A DNA stretch of 64,000 nucleotides from Candidatus Binataceae bacterium (GTDB lineage Bacteria; Desulfobacterota; Binatia; Binatales; Binataceae): contig JADMIL010000002.1 in the NCBI GenBank assembly GCA_015478645.1, positions 74,523-138,522 on the forward strand. The letters run 5' to 3'. The position numbers and the translations under genes are program-made. Below, one piece after another: positions 9,269-19,745 of this stretch (position 1 is its first letter; each line of letters opens with the position of its first letter). The notes beneath the pieces are model-generated. The model did not search any database. It saw only the letters and a program-made list of their open reading frames with translations, and was not told the origin of the DNA.

Positions 9269-11011
9269 CTACTGGCCGGGAGTCAGGATCACGGTCGGCG
9301 CGGAACCGCCTGCGCGACGGATCGTGAGGGTGATTTCGTCGTAGGTTACGGGACTCCAGACCGCGCCGGTCAGGAAGAAGCGCAGCGCACGGCCGCAATC
9401 GATCGTCGCGTAATCGGGCGACCAGGTGGCCGCCGCGCCGAAGCGGTAGACCGCCGCATCGGCGGAATCCTCGTCCGGCCCGGGGGCGGCGTGGGTGACG
9501 ATTACCGAGGCGGCCTGCGCGGTCGCGACCGGCCGCAGGCTGCGCAGGTACCAGCGGATCGGCGCGGTGATTGCACCGTCGAAATGGACTGTCGCCGCCG
9601 CCGGCGTGAGTCCGTCCGCCGCGCGATCGCCGAAGGTGCGGGTCTGATCGGTGGTCGCGTCCGCGCCCCAGTAAAGATTGCCGTGGCGCGCCCAGGGCGC
9701 CTCGCTCGCGTCGGGCGTCGCGCGCACGAAGTCGGCGACCCCGGTGGCATGGAGCGTAAACAGCACCAGCACCAGCAGCGCGATTCGGATCTGGCGCCAC
9801 GCCGCGATCCGATGGAGCCAGTTGAGGCCGATCGCACCGACGACCGCCATCGGCACGAGCATCTGCACCAGTATCTCGAGCTGCTCGCGGTTATCGCCAG
9901 ACGTCGTCGCCGCGATCCACAAATAGAGGCCCACGCTCATCGCCATCCACAGCACGGACCATGCGGCGAAGCGCGATCGCACGCGCATCGCGGCAATCAC
10001 GCCAAGCCCGATCGCGGCGGCGATCACGATGAGAAAATCGTTGCAGGCAAGCGGCGGCACAACCGCGCGCAATCCGCTGATCGACCCCGGCGGCGCCACG
10101 CGATGCGGCAGCAGCGCCGCGATGCGCGCCGGATCGAAGCCGTCCGGCACCATCATCTGCGAGGCCCACCAGCAGACCGCGGCGGTGACGATCACCGTCA
10201 CCAGCAGCGGCGCGTAGCGATCGAGCCATACGCGCGCGCCGAGGTAGACGTGGCGGCGCGTCACCATCCCGTACAGGCCGAGGATCGCGAGCGCCGCCAG
10301 GAAGATCGCCGCCGCGACGATTCCCGACGGGTCGGCCGCCATCATCAGCCCCGCCGCGCCGCCCAGCAGCGCGGCGCGATATTTCGCCGGACGCGCCGTC
10401 AGCGCCAGGTAAAGCACGATCGTGATCAGCTCCATCGCGGCCGCGGCCGTCGCCGGCGCGCTCGCGCGCGAAAACCAGGTCACCCCCGGCGACAGCGCGA
10501 GCATCGCGCCCAGCGCCAGTCCGCCGGCACGTCCGAGGTAAGGGCGCAGCGCGAAAGCCGTCGCGACGAGCATTATCCCGGCCAGCGCGAAGACCATCCG
10601 CGCCGCGCAGTCGCTCGCGCCGATCACGCCAAAAAATCCCGCCGTGATCAGATGGAGCCAGCCCGCATACGCCGGATGATAGCCGGCGCCGCTCGCGCCG
10701 CCCGCGAGATCGAACGCATAGAGCGCGTTGCGCGCCTCGCGGTCGTCGAGCGGACGCGCGCCGAGCGCCACCAGCCGCGTCGCGATCGTATAGAGCGCGA
10801 CCAGCGCCCAGCCAAGATGTTCGACGGTGATGACATGCAGCGCACGCGTCAGCCGCTCGTGGCTTTGATCGCGCGCCGATGCGACCGGATCCGGCGCCAG
10901 TTCATGAGCGGGCGGATCGCCCGGCTCAACCCCGAGACGCCATTCGTCGCCACGTTCGCCATGCGCGCGTTCGCCATGCGCGCCTTCGCCATCCTGATGC
11001 GCGGTCGCCAC
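9269..11011 (-). CDS. GT-C/PMT-like multi-pass membrane protein (TIGR03663-like)
   Basis: LGARPLDDREA after the first TM, FGVIGASDCAARMVFAL, LALSP..TWFSR; many TM helices. Confidence 0.6.
   Translation of the reverse strand: MATAHQDGEGAHGERAHGERGDEWRLGVEPGDPPAHELAPDPVASARDQSHERLTRALHVITVEHLGWALVALYTIATRLVALGARPLDDREARNALYAFDLAGGASGAGYHPAYAGWLHLITAGFFGVIGASDCAARMVFALAGIMLVATAFALRPYLGRAGGLALGAMLALSPGVTWFSRASAPATAAAAMELITIVLYLALTARPAKYRAALLGGAAGLMMAADPSGIVAAAIFLAALAILGLYGMVTRRHVYLGARVWLDRYAPLLVTVIVTAAVCWWASQMMVPDGFDPARIAALLPHRVAPPGSISGLRAVVPPLACNDFLIVIAAAIGLGVIAAMRVRSRFAAWSVLWMAMSVGLYLWIAATTSGDNREQLEILVQMLVPMAVVGAIGLNWLHRIAAWRQIRIALLVLVLFTLHATGVADFVRATPDASEAPWARHGNLYWGADATTDQTRTFGDRAADGLTPAAATVHFDGAITAPIRWYLRSLRPVATAQAASVIVTHAAPGPDEDSADAAVYRFGAAATWSPDYATIDCGRALRFFLTGAVWSPVTYDEITLTIRRAGGSAPTVILTPGQ
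10955..10992. repeat. 15-bp tandem repeat x2.5 (TTCGCCATGCGCGCS)
   Basis: Read directly; encodes GEGAH-GERAH-GER at the N-terminus of the 9269..11011 protein. Confidence 0.8.
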
Positions 11012-11126
11012 GTCCGACAGCGCTATTTGCCGCCACCGCGATTGTCAACCCGATCGGCCAAAATGACCGCCGATCGCTTGAGCGCCGTGGCATTACGGCT
11101 ATCCTTAAGGATTCCGGCGCAATTCG

Positions 11127-12863
11127 ATGGCGATGAATAAGACCGATACCCGGCGCGCGAACAGCGTGATCCTCCCGATGCTGGCGGTCGCGATCGTACT
11201 GGCGCTGTTCTTCGCCTACCGGCGCGGCGGCGGCGGCCTGCATCTGCATGCCCCGCGCCTGTACGTCTCGGCCCGCCAGCTACCCTACTATGCGTTCTGT
11301 TCGTTCTCGCGGATGACGGCGGCGTACATTCTCGCACTGGCCTTCTCGCTGGTTTACGGCCTGCTCGCGGCGCGCGGCGCGATGTGGGAGCGCGTGCTGA
11401 TCCCGGCGATCGATATCGCGCAGTCGGTGCCGGTGGTCGGGTTTTTTCCCGCCGCGATCTTCTTTTTCGTCGCGCTCGCTCACGGCAGCCGCTTCGGGGT
11501 CGAGATGGCGGCGGTCTTTCTGATCTTCACCAGCCAGGCCTGGAACATGGCTCTGGGGGTCTATGAATCGGTGCGGACGCTGCCCAACGATTCGCTCGAG
11601 GCGCTTGACGCCTTTGGCGCCACCGGATGGCTCCGGCTCAAGCGCCTGCTGCTGCCGGCCTGCGTGCCCAAGTTGGTCTACAATTCGATCCTGTCGTGGG
11701 TAGCTGGATGGTACTACCTGATCGCCTGCGAGATTATCGCCGTCGGCCCGGCGCATTACGAGTTGCCCGGCCTCGGCAGCTACCTGATGACGGCGGCCGA
11801 AAAGGGCCGCACCGGCGAACAGGTCGCGGGGCTGCTGACGCTGCTGGCGATCATCATCCTGATGGACGTGATGGTCTGGCAGCCGCTCTCGATCTGGGCG
11901 GAGAAATTCCGCTACGAATTTGCCGCCAGCGGCGCGCCGCCGCCCGTCGCGATCGGAATGCTCGGGGCGCTGGGTGCCGTCGGCCCCGTGATCCTGCGCT
12001 CCGTGCGCGCGGCGTTTCGCCCGATCCTGCGCGCGATCCATGGCGCGCTCGCGACCACCCGGCCGTTCAATGCCGAAGAACATCCGGGCCTTCGGCGCGC
12101 CTGGCGCATCGTGCGCGTGGGCCTGATGGCGCTGCTGTTTTTCTTCGCCGCCTATGGCGCGATCAAGGGTACGGTTGCGCTGATCCGCACGCTGCTGCAA
12201 CCGTGGCCTGCGGCGGTCAGGCAGATTCCGCTGGCCACCGGCGCCTCGATGCTGCGGATGATCGCGGCCTACCTGATTACGCTGGCCTGGACGATTCCGT
12301 GCGCGATCGCGGCGAGCGAGAGTCAGATCTTTGCGCGCCGCATGGCGCCGATCGCCGAGATTTTAGGCTCGATGCCGGCGACGGCGCTGTTTCCGGCGAT
12401 CGTGATGTTCATGATTCGCCTGACCGGGGGCATGAACCTCGCCTCGATCCTGCTGATCCTGACCGGCATGCAATGGTACGTGCTGTTCAACCTGCTGGCG
12501 GGCGTCAGCCAGATTCCCGAGGATCTCAAGGAGGCGGCGCGATCCTTTGGCCTGAGCCGCATGGCGACCTGGCGCACCTTGACCCTTCCGGCGCTTCTGC
12601 CGTCGCTGCTCACCGGCAGTATCACGGCGTGGGGCGGCGGCTGGAACGCGCTGATCCTGTCGGAGTATTTCGTCTACCGCGATACGACCTACAAGGTCTT
12701 CGGGCTGGGCGCGATGCTTGACGACGCGACCTATCAGACCGGCAACGGCCTGATGATCCTGCTGACTTTGCTCTCGATGGTATTGGTCGTAATAGTATTG
12801 AACCGCCTGCTGTGGCGGCGGCTATATAATATCGCTACCGATCGCTACCGGATTGACTACTAA
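11127..12863 (+). CDS. NitT/TauT-family ABC transporter permease with two fused BPD_transp domains
   Basis: Two EAA-like segments (ESVRTLPNDSLEALDAFG; GVSQIPEDLKEAARSFG); 578 aa, hydrophobic. Confidence 0.85.
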   Translation: MAMNKTDTRRANSVILPMLAVAIVLALFFAYRRGGGGLHLHAPRLYVSARQLPYYAFCSFSRMTAAYILALAFSLVYGLLAARGAMWERVLIPAIDIAQSVPVVGFFPAAIFFFVALAHGSRFGVEMAAVFLIFTSQAWNMALGVYESVRTLPNDSLEALDAFGATGWLRLKRLLLPACVPKLVYNSILSWVAGWYYLIACEIIAVGPAHYELPGLGSYLMTAAEKGRTGEQVAGLLTLLAIIILMDVMVWQPLSIWAEKFRYEFAASGAPPPVAIGMLGALGAVGPVILRSVRAAFRPILRAIHGALATTRPFNAEEHPGLRRAWRIVRVGLMALLFFFAAYGAIKGTVALIRTLLQPWPAAVRQIPLATGASMLRMIAAYLITLAWTIPCAIAASESQIFARRMAPIAEILGSMPATALFPAIVMFMIRLTGGMNLASILLILTGMQWYVLFNLLAGVSQIPEDLKEAARSFGLSRMATWRTLTLPALLPSLLTGSITAWGGGWNALILSEYFVYRDTTYKVFGLGAMLDDATYQTGNGLMILLTLLSMVLVVIVLNRLLWRRLYNIATDRYRIDY

Positions 12864-12909
12864 AAGGGGGATATCTGGACACTATGCGTGAACCGGACCA
12901 GCCTGACCC

Positions 12910-13668
12910 ATGGCCCTGCTCGAACTTAAAGGCATCTGCAAAAGCTTTCCCCACGCCAAGGGCAACCTGCGCGTCCTCGAGGATCTCTCCTTCACCGTCG
13001 AAGAGGGCGAGATGGTCGCCGTGGTCGGGCCCTCGGGCTGTGGCAAATCAACCATGTTGCGCATCGTGAACGGGCTGATGCAGCCGACCGCCGGACAGGT
13101 GCTCTACAAGGGCCGGCAAGTCGACGCGATCAATCTCGAATGCGCGCTGGTCTTCCAGTCGTTCGCCCTGATGCCGTGGCTGTCGGTCAAGGCCAATATC
13201 GAGATCGGCCTCGAGGCGCGCGGTCTGCCGCCGGCCGAACGCGAGAAGCGCGCCGGCGTCTATATCGACAAGGTTGGCCTTGACGGCTTCGAAGAGGCCT
13301 ATCCGCGCGAGCTTTCTGGCGGCATGAAGCAGCGCGTCGGCCTGGCCCGCGCACTCGCCGTCGAACCGCGGGTGCTGCTGATGGACGAGCCGTTCTCGGC
13401 GCTCGACGCACTGACCGCGATCACGCTGCGCGAGGAGTTGCTCGATATCTGGCAAGCCGCCGACATGCCGGTGCACAATATCATCATCGTCACCCATATT
13501 ATCGAAGAAGCGGTCGAGCTCGCCGACCGCATCCTGGTGCTCTCGTCCGGCCCGGGGCGCGTGGTGGCCGACCTCAAGGTCGACCTGCCGCGGCCGCGCG
13601 ATCGTCGCAAAGAGGGCTTCAACGCGCTGACGGATAAGGTCTTTTCACTGATCGAGGAGCGCGCCTGA
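12910..13668 (+). CDS. NitT/TauT-family ABC transporter ATP-binding protein
   Basis: Walker A GPSGCGKS, signature LSGGMKQRVGLARAL, Walker B LLMDEPFSALD, H-loop VTH. Confidence 0.95.
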   Translation: MALLELKGICKSFPHAKGNLRVLEDLSFTVEEGEMVAVVGPSGCGKSTMLRIVNGLMQPTAGQVLYKGRQVDAINLECALVFQSFALMPWLSVKANIEIGLEARGLPPAEREKRAGVYIDKVGLDGFEEAYPRELSGGMKQRVGLARALAVEPRVLLMDEPFSALDALTAITLREELLDIWQAADMPVHNIIIVTHIIEEAVELADRILVLSSGPGRVVADLKVDLPRPRDRRKEGFNALTDKVFSLIEERA

Positions 13669-14156
13669 TGCCGCTGCCAGGCATTAATCCGATCCCCGAC
13701 TGCCAATTGACCTGGGTCTTCGGGCTGCTCGAAACGCTCGAGGATCGCGGCGGCCGCGACGACGGCTATAAAATCGCGCGCGATCTCCATTTCAAGTTCA
13801 GCGATCTGCTCAAAGTGATGAAGACCGCGGAAATCCTCGGCCTGGTGTCGACTCCGGCCGGCGACGTCGTGCTGGAACCGCTTGGCAAGCACTTTCTCGA
13901 GTCCAAGATCAACGAACGCAAGCTGATTATCCGCGATCAGCTCAAGCAGCACGGCCTCTTCGCCTACCTGATGCGGGTGCTGCGCGGCCAGGAGGATCGT
14001 TCGCTCGGCCAGCAGGTCGTGCTCGAGCATCTGGCGATGCTGTTGCCCAACGAACCGCCGGAAAAATTGTTTTCGACCATCGTCAATTGGGGACGCTTTG
14101 CCGAGCTTTTCGGCTATAACAAGGATCAGGATCGCTTCTACCTCGACCAGGAATAA
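13668..14156 (+). CDS. AAA-associated C-terminal domain protein (normally the tail of this ATPase subfamily)
   Basis: GLLETLEDRGGRDD, LLKVMKTAEILGL, IVNWGRFAELFGY; start overlaps the ATPase stop (TGATG). Confidence 0.7.
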   Translation: MPLPGINPIPDCQLTWVFGLLETLEDRGGRDDGYKIARDLHFKFSDLLKVMKTAEILGLVSTPAGDVVLEPLGKHFLESKINERKLIIRDQLKQHGLFAYLMRVLRGQEDRSLGQQVVLEHLAMLLPNEPPEKLFSTIVNWGRFAELFGYNKDQDRFYLDQE

Positions 14157-14216
14157 GCGCCCGGCGCGGCTGAGGCGGACCCTATCAACCGTTTCCGTAA
14201 TCCGGAGGATCAAATC

Positions 14217-14591
14217 ATGGCGATGCAACCCGAACAGGTGGTCAGCGAATTCTGCAAGGCGTGGTCGCGGCTCGACGTCCCGCAGATCATGAGCTTCTTC
14301 ACCGAAGACGCCGTCTATCACAACATCCCGATGAAGCCAGCCGTGGGCAAGGCTTCGATCAACGAGGTCATCGCCGGGCTGCTCAAGGGCGTGAAATCGA
14401 TCGAGTTCAAAATCCTGCACACCGCGACCGCCGGCCACGTGGTCATGAATGAGCGGGTCGATTCGTTCGAGGCCAACGGCAAAAAGGTCGCACTGCCGGT
14501 GATGGGCGTCTTCGAGCTCACCGCCGACGGCAAGATCAAGGGCTGGCGCGATTACTTCGATCTCGAGATGTACATGAAGCAGTTGCGCTAG
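14217..14591 (+). CDS. limonene-1,2-epoxide hydrolase family (NTF2-like)
   Basis: VYHNIP, MNERVD and WRDYFD carry the family's catalytic Tyr/Asn, Arg/Asp and Asp. Confidence 0.9.
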   Translation: MAMQPEQVVSEFCKAWSRLDVPQIMSFFTEDAVYHNIPMKPAVGKASINEVIAGLLKGVKSIEFKILHTATAGHVVMNERVDSFEANGKKVALPVMGVFELTADGKIKGWRDYFDLEMYMKQLR

Positions 14592-14626
14592 CGGCGGCGC
14601 GGCCGGCGGTGGATTGACGCGGCACG

Positions 14627-16555
14627 ATGGCCTCCCAGGTCGCCCATGCGATAATCGGCACCGCCGGCCATATCGACCACGGCAAGAGTGCGCTGGTCCG
14701 CGCGCTCACCGGCCAGGAGACCGACCGCCTCAAGGAAGAGCGCGAGCGCGGCATTTCAATCGATCTCGGCTTCGCCTACTTCACGCTCCCCGACGGCACC
14801 CGCGCCGGCGTGGTCGACGTGCCCGGCCATGAGCGCTTCATTCGCAACATGCTGGCCGGCGCCCACGGTATCGACCTGGTGCTGTTCACCGTCGCGGCCG
14901 ACGACGGCGTGATGCCGCAGAGCGAGGAGCATCTCGACATCCTCCACCTGCTGGGCATCCGCCGCGGCATTTTCATCATCACCAAGGCCGACCTCGCCGA
15001 CGCCAAACGGCTGGCCGACGTGCGCGACGAGATCGAATTGCTGGCCGATGGCACCGCGCTCGAAGGGGCGCCGGTGATGCCGGTGTCGTCGCTGACCGGC
15101 GCCGGACTGGACGGCCTGCGCGACGAGATCGCGCGCCGGCTCGACGGTTTCGCGGCGCGCCGCCCGACCGGACTGTTTCGCCTGCCGCTCGACCGCGCCT
15201 TCGTCATCAAGGGCCACGGCACGGTGGTGACCGGCACGGCGATGGGCGCCGAGGTGCGCGTGGGCCAGAAGCTGCGCGTGTTGCCGGCTGGCGCGGAAGT
15301 GCGCGTGCGCGCGATCCAGGTGCATGGCGAGACGGTCGAGCAGGCGGGGCTCTGCCAGCGCGTGGCGCTCAACCTGACGGGGGCCGAACGGCTCGAACTC
15401 AAGCGTGGCGGCGTGGTTGCCGACCATCGGCTGGAGCTCGTCACCACCCGCCTCGACGCGCATATCGAAGTCCGGCCGGCCGCCAAGCGTCCGCTCAAAA
15501 ATAATCAGCGGGTGCGCTTCTTCCTGGGCACGGCCGAGACGATTGCTCGCGTCATCATGCTCGAGGAACTGGCCGAAATCGCGCCCAAGCATCAGGCGAT
15601 GGTGCAGATCGTGCTCGATGATCCGGCCGTCGCGCTGGCCGGCGACCGCTTTGTGATCCGCGACGAGACCAACCTGCGCACGCTGGGCGGCGGCGTCGTG
15701 CTCAATCCGCAGGGCCGGCGGGCGCGCAAACCGCTTGAAGCGTACCGCCAGAATCTGATCGCGATGGGCGGTCCGTTCGGCCCGGCGACGCTCGAGGCGC
15801 TGCTCAATCTGCAGGATCGGCTGGCCTGTCCGCCGGCGCAGATTGCCCAGTTGCTCAACACGCCGCAAGACGAGATCAATACGGCGCTCCGCGATCAACG
15901 ATTAGTGAAACTCTCGCTCGGCGACGAAGAAGGCTTTACAACCGCCGCCAAATGGGCCGAGCTCAAGCGCTTTGCGGTCGCCGCGCTAACCGCCCATCAT
16001 CGCGATCAGCCGCTCGCTCCGGGCCTCGAGATGGAGGCGCTGCGCGAGCGGCTGCCGTATGCGGTGGGTCCGCGCGCCTTTCGCGCGCTGGTCGATCGGA
16101 TCGCGCGCGAGAGCGGCATCGTGCGCGAGGAGAGCGTGCTGCGCCTCGCGGCGCATCGCGTGCAACTGGCCGGCGACGCCGGACGGCTCGGCGCGCAAAT
16201 CGAGCAGGCGCTGATCGACGCGGGGGTGCAGCCGCCCGATCTGAAGCAGTTGCTCGAGGCGCTCAAGCTGCCGCCGGCCGAAGCCGCGCGCCTGCGCACG
16301 CTGCTGGCGGCGATGGAGCGCGAGGGGCGCGTGGTCAAGGTCGCGACCGATCTCTATTTCGCGCGCGCGCCATTGCAATCGGCCAAGGCCCAACTGCTCG
16401 AGCGGCTGGCCGCCGATCGCGAGATCACGGCGGCGGGCTACCGCGACGTGATCGGCGCCTCGCGCAAATTCGCCATCGCGCTGCTCGACTACTTCGACCA
16501 TACCGGCGTGACCACGCGGGTCGGCGACGCGCGCCGGCTCCGCGCGCCGGCCTGA
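14627..16555 (+). CDS. selB: selenocysteine-specific translation elongation factor
   Basis: [47 protein letters not shown]; C-terminal winged helix with [14 protein letters not shown]...TTRVGDAR. Confidence 0.97.
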   Translation: MASQVAHAIIGTAGHIDHGKSALVRALTGQETDRLKEERERGISIDLGFAYFTLPDGTRAGVVDVPGHERFIRNMLAGAHGIDLVLFTVAADDGVMPQSEEHLDILHLLGIRRGIFIITKADLADAKRLADVRDEIELLADGTALEGAPVMPVSSLTGAGLDGLRDEIARRLDGFAARRPTGLFRLPLDRAFVIKGHGTVVTGTAMGAEVRVGQKLRVLPAGAEVRVRAIQVHGETVEQAGLCQRVALNLTGAERLELKRGGVVADHRLELVTTRLDAHIEVRPAAKRPLKNNQRVRFFLGTAETIARVIMLEELAEIAPKHQAMVQIVLDDPAVALAGDRFVIRDETNLRTLGGGVVLNPQGRRARKPLEAYRQNLIAMGGPFGPATLEALLNLQDRLACPPAQIAQLLNTPQDEINTALRDQRLVKLSLGDEEGFTTAAKWAELKRFAVAALTAHHRDQPLAPGLEMEALRERLPYAVGPRAFRALVDRIARESGIVREESVLRLAAHRVQLAGDAGRLGAQIEQALIDAGVQPPDLKQLLEALKLPPAEAARLRTLLAAMEREGRVVKVATDLYFARAPLQSAKAQLLERLAADREITAAGYRDVIGASRKFAIALLDYFDHTGVTTRVGDARRLRAPA

Positions 16556-16608
16556 TTCGCGGGCGGATGCCTTTGCCCGAAGTGGCGCGGGCGCTAGACT
16601 GCCCAGCG

Positions 16609-17682
16609 ATGGCTGATAGCAAGGACAGCAACGCCGGCCGGAGCGAGATATTTCGCCTGACCGAGCGATGCAAGGCGGCGGGTTGAGCCGGTAAGCTGGG
16701 TCCGGCGGACCTCGCCTCAGTGCTCTCGCGCCTTGACCTGGGCAGCGCGCCCGAAGTGCTCGTCGGAATTGCCACCGGCGACGACGCCGGGGTCTATCTG
16801 CTGCGCGACGACCTGGCGATCGTCAACACGGTGGACTTCTTCACGCCAGTGGTCGACGACGCCTATACCTACGGCCAGATTGCCGCGGCCAACGCGCTCT
16901 CCGACGTCTATGCGATGGGCGGGACGCCGCGCACCGCACTCAATATCGTCTGCTGGCCGCAAGCGGGCCTGCCGAGCGAGTTGCTCGGCGAAATCCTGCG
17001 CGGCGGCGCCGACAAGGCGCGCGAGGCGGGCGTTGCAATCGTGGGCGGCCATAGCGTGGCCGACGAAGAGGTCAAATACGGCATGGCGGTGACCGGCATC
17101 ATCGACCCGCGCCGGATCGTCCGCAACATTGGCGCATGCCCCGGCGACGCTCTGCTGCTCAGCAAGCCGCTCGGCACGGGGATGTTGATGACCGCGCTCA
17201 AACGGGGCAAATTGCCGGCCGATCAGTACGAAACGGCGGTCCGCTGGATGGCCGAACTCAACGCCGCGACGGCCACCGCGATGCTCAAGTACGAAGTTCA
17301 CGCGGCGACCGATATTACCGGCTTCGGGCTGGCCGGACATGCGTCGAAGATCGCCGAGAGCAGCGGCGTGACGTTTTTGATTGAAGAATCCGATCTGCCG
17401 CTGTTGCCCGGGGCCCTCGAGGCATGCCGCGCAGGGATGATTCCCGGGGGCGGCACGCGCAACCGGGAATTCTACGGCCCGCGGGTGAAGATTTCCGACG
17501 AAGTGGCCGACGAGATGGCGGAGGTCGTCTTCGACCCGCAAACCTCGGGCGGTCTGCTGATTGCTTTGCCCGAAGCCCAGTCGATCGCCCTGCTCGCCGA
17601 TCTTCAGGCGGGCGGCAATCTCGACGCGGCGATCATCGGCCGGGTGGTCGCGCGGACCGAATTTCTGATCGAAATAATCTGA
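16609..17682 (+). CDS. selD: selenide, water dikinase with in-frame UGA (selenocysteine) at codon 26 (16684-16686)
   Basis: From ATG 16609: FRLTERCKAAG-UGA-AGKLGP, then in frame DDAGVY, TVDFFTP, AANALSDVYAMGG, GGHS, DITGFGLAGH, DPQTSGGLL. The UGA sits at the position of the catalytic Cys/Sec. Confidence 0.93.
16684..16719 (+). promoter_or_regulatory. putative bacterial SECIS element
   Basis: GGGUCC (16698-16703) pairs with GGACCU (16707-16712) around a G-starting loop beginning 17 nt after the UGA; UGAG can pair with CUCA (16716-16719). Confidence 0.65.
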
Positions 17683-17974
17683 CTTGCCAGTCGGCCGGCG
17701 ATGCGCCGGGCTGCGATCGGTCCGCCGACGGATCGCGGTCGTGCATCCCGATCGACGGCAATGCGACGTGTAAATTTGCGAAATTACACGATTTTGCATC
17801 CGTTGGCCGACCGACTCTTTCTTGGCGGTGTGTGACGGCATATCATAATTGAATATCGTTAAACATAGAAATGTAAGTTTTATTATGCTTTGAATGGCGC
17901 GTATCGTCAGGCGGGCATTCTTAGCCTCGATCTTGCTTAGGTTAGGATGCATGCGAACATGGGAGGAAACCAGA

Positions 17975-18466
17975 ATGAAGAAATGGATTAGCATTACCAG
18001 CGGGCTACTGCTCGCGGCAGCATTTTGCACGCCGGCGATGGCCAAGGGCAAAGGCGGCGGCAAGGGCGTCGGAGATGAAAAGGAATCACAGGCCGGCGGC
18101 CTGCCAGGCCTGGAGGATCGGGTCGAGGCGGACGAAGCCCTGATCCTGGAGCTACAGGGGCAGAATAATTTTGCGGTGGTTAACTCGGCCGGCACCGTCG
18201 TGCGCTTCAACAGCAACGCGGGTCCGGTCACTGCCACGCACCTGGCGACCGGGCAGTACGAAGTAAATTTCAGCAAAGACGTGAGTGGCTGCGCCTATCA
18301 GGCGACGATCGGGGACAGCGCTAATGCGGTTCCGCTCCAGGGCCAGATCAGCGTCTCGGGTGACGTGGATACCGACAATACCGGCGACGTCTACGTGCAG
18401 ACGTTCGACAACACCGGAGCGGTCGCGACGGATATGCCGTTCCATCTGACCGTGACCTGTCCGTAA
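17975..18466 (+). CDS. secreted hypothetical protein
   Basis: GGAGG before ATG 17975; signal peptide MKKWISITSGLLLAAAFCTPAMA; followed by a terminator. Confidence 0.75.
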   Translation: MKKWISITSGLLLAAAFCTPAMAKGKGGGKGVGDEKESQAGGLPGLEDRVEADEALILELQGQNNFAVVNSAGTVVRFNSNAGPVTATHLATGQYEVNFSKDVSGCAYQATIGDSANAVPLQGQISVSGDVDTDNTGDVYVQTFDNTGAVATDMPFHLTVTCP

Positions 18467-18487
18467 CCGTCTGTCCTTAAACAGATG

Positions 18488-18526
18488 ATGCTGCGGCGTG
18501 GATATTCGGCGCCGCAGCATTTTATT
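18488..18526 (+). terminator. intrinsic terminator
   Basis: Perfect 11-bp stem ATGCTGCGGCG / CGCCGCAGCAT followed by TTTATT. Confidence 0.8.
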
Positions 18527-18582
18527 GACTGGCGAATGAAGGCCGGCCGTCCTGACGACGCGCCGGCCTTCGCATGATCCGC

Positions 18583-19668
18583 TTAGGGCATGAGGTCGCT
18601 GCTCCATTCCTCGATCAGCCGATAGCCGACCGCGAGCAGCGTCGGACCGATAAAGACCCCGATGAAGCCGAAGGCGATAGCCCCGCCGATCACTCCGAAC
18701 AGCACGATCAGAAACGGCGTGCCGCCGGTGCGCGCGATGATCATGGGCTTGATCACGTGATCGATCAGACCGCCGATGACCACCGACCAGACGACGAGAA
18801 AGATGGCCCATCCGGTGGCGCCCTGCGCATAGAGCCATCCCACGGCCGGAATCCACAGAATGGCCGTCGCCAACGGCACGAATGACAGGATGAAGGTCGC
18901 GAAGCCGAGCAGAAAAACCCCGGGCACGCCGGCGATCCAGAAGCCTATGCCGCCGAGCACGCCTTGCATCAGCGAGGTGCCCAGGATGCCGTGGACGACA
19001 CCCTTGACCGTCGCGCGGGCGACTTCGAGCAGGCGCGCGCCGCGCGCTCCGGCCAGCCGAAAGGCCGAGGTCTCGAGCCGCGCGGCGGCGCCGTCGCCGT
19101 CGCGGTAAAGAAAAAACCCCACCAGCAGGCTGAGACTGATCTCGAGGACACCGTGGCCGAGCGCCTTGCCGAGGCCGAGCGCAAAAGTTTTGAGCGGCTG
19201 GATCAGTTGATGCATCGCGGCGCCGCGCGCCGCCGCGTCGTTGGCCAGGTGAGCGATGTATTCGCTCAGATGGGGTCCGACGACGGGGATCTCGCCGATC
19301 CATTGTGGAGGTTGGCGCGGACCCGATCCGAATGAGTTGCGCACCAGCACAATTACGTCGCTCACATTGTCGGCCAGACTGTTGCCGACCAGCACAAACG
19401 GGGCGACGACGATTGCGGCCAGGCCGAGCGTCATCACCAGGGCGGCGAGCGTCGGGCGGTCGCCGAGCAGGGATCGGATGCGGCAGAAGATCCCCCAGCT
19501 CGAAAATGACAGGATAATCGCCCACACGATCGCCGACAGGAACGGCAGCATCACCAGGCCACAGCCGAGCACCAGCAGGGCGAGGAAGGTGAGGACAACG
19601 ATTTTCTGGATTCCGCCGTCGGCGGCGAGGCCGGTATTGCGATCCCGATCTTCCGGTGTCGTCGTCAT
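18583..19668 (-). CDS. AI-2E family transporter (PerM-like)
   Basis: PFLSAIVWAIIL, GGLIDHVIKP and FGFIGVFIGPTLLA are typical AI-2E C-terminal motifs. Confidence 0.9.
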   Translation of the reverse strand: MTTTPEDRDRNTGLAADGGIQKIVVLTFLALLVLGCGLVMLPFLSAIVWAIILSFSSWGIFCRIRSLLGDRPTLAALVMTLGLAAIVVAPFVLVGNSLADNVSDVIVLVRNSFGSGPRQPPQWIGEIPVVGPHLSEYIAHLANDAAARGAAMHQLIQPLKTFALGLGKALGHGVLEISLSLLVGFFLYRDGDGAAARLETSAFRLAGARGARLLEVARATVKGVVHGILGTSLMQGVLGGIGFWIAGVPGVFLLGFATFILSFVPLATAILWIPAVGWLYAQGATGWAIFLVVWSVVIGGLIDHVIKPMIIARTGGTPFLIVLFGVIGGAIAFGFIGVFIGPTLLAVGYRLIEEWSSDLMP

Positions 19669-19745
19669 CGATTCGTTACCCGCGCGCGCCCCACAGTGGC
19701 ATCGCGGGGACGCTTAGACAACGACCGTATCGCTCGGGGGGGCGG

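Noticed and set aside
9065-11140. Long antisense or alternate-frame ORFs (this one, plus 39369..41768 +, 59560..61893 -, 19774..21729 -, 31556..32977 + and many others)
   Set aside because: They shadow well-supported genes, are Arg/Ala/Gly-rich and carry no motifs; this is expected from high-GC codon bias.
16720-17682. selD starting at GTG 16720, or selD as a nonsense pseudogene
   Set aside because: The upstream in-frame segment carries the catalytic-site motif, the UGA falls on the Cys/Sec column, a SECIS-like hairpin follows and selB is adjacent.
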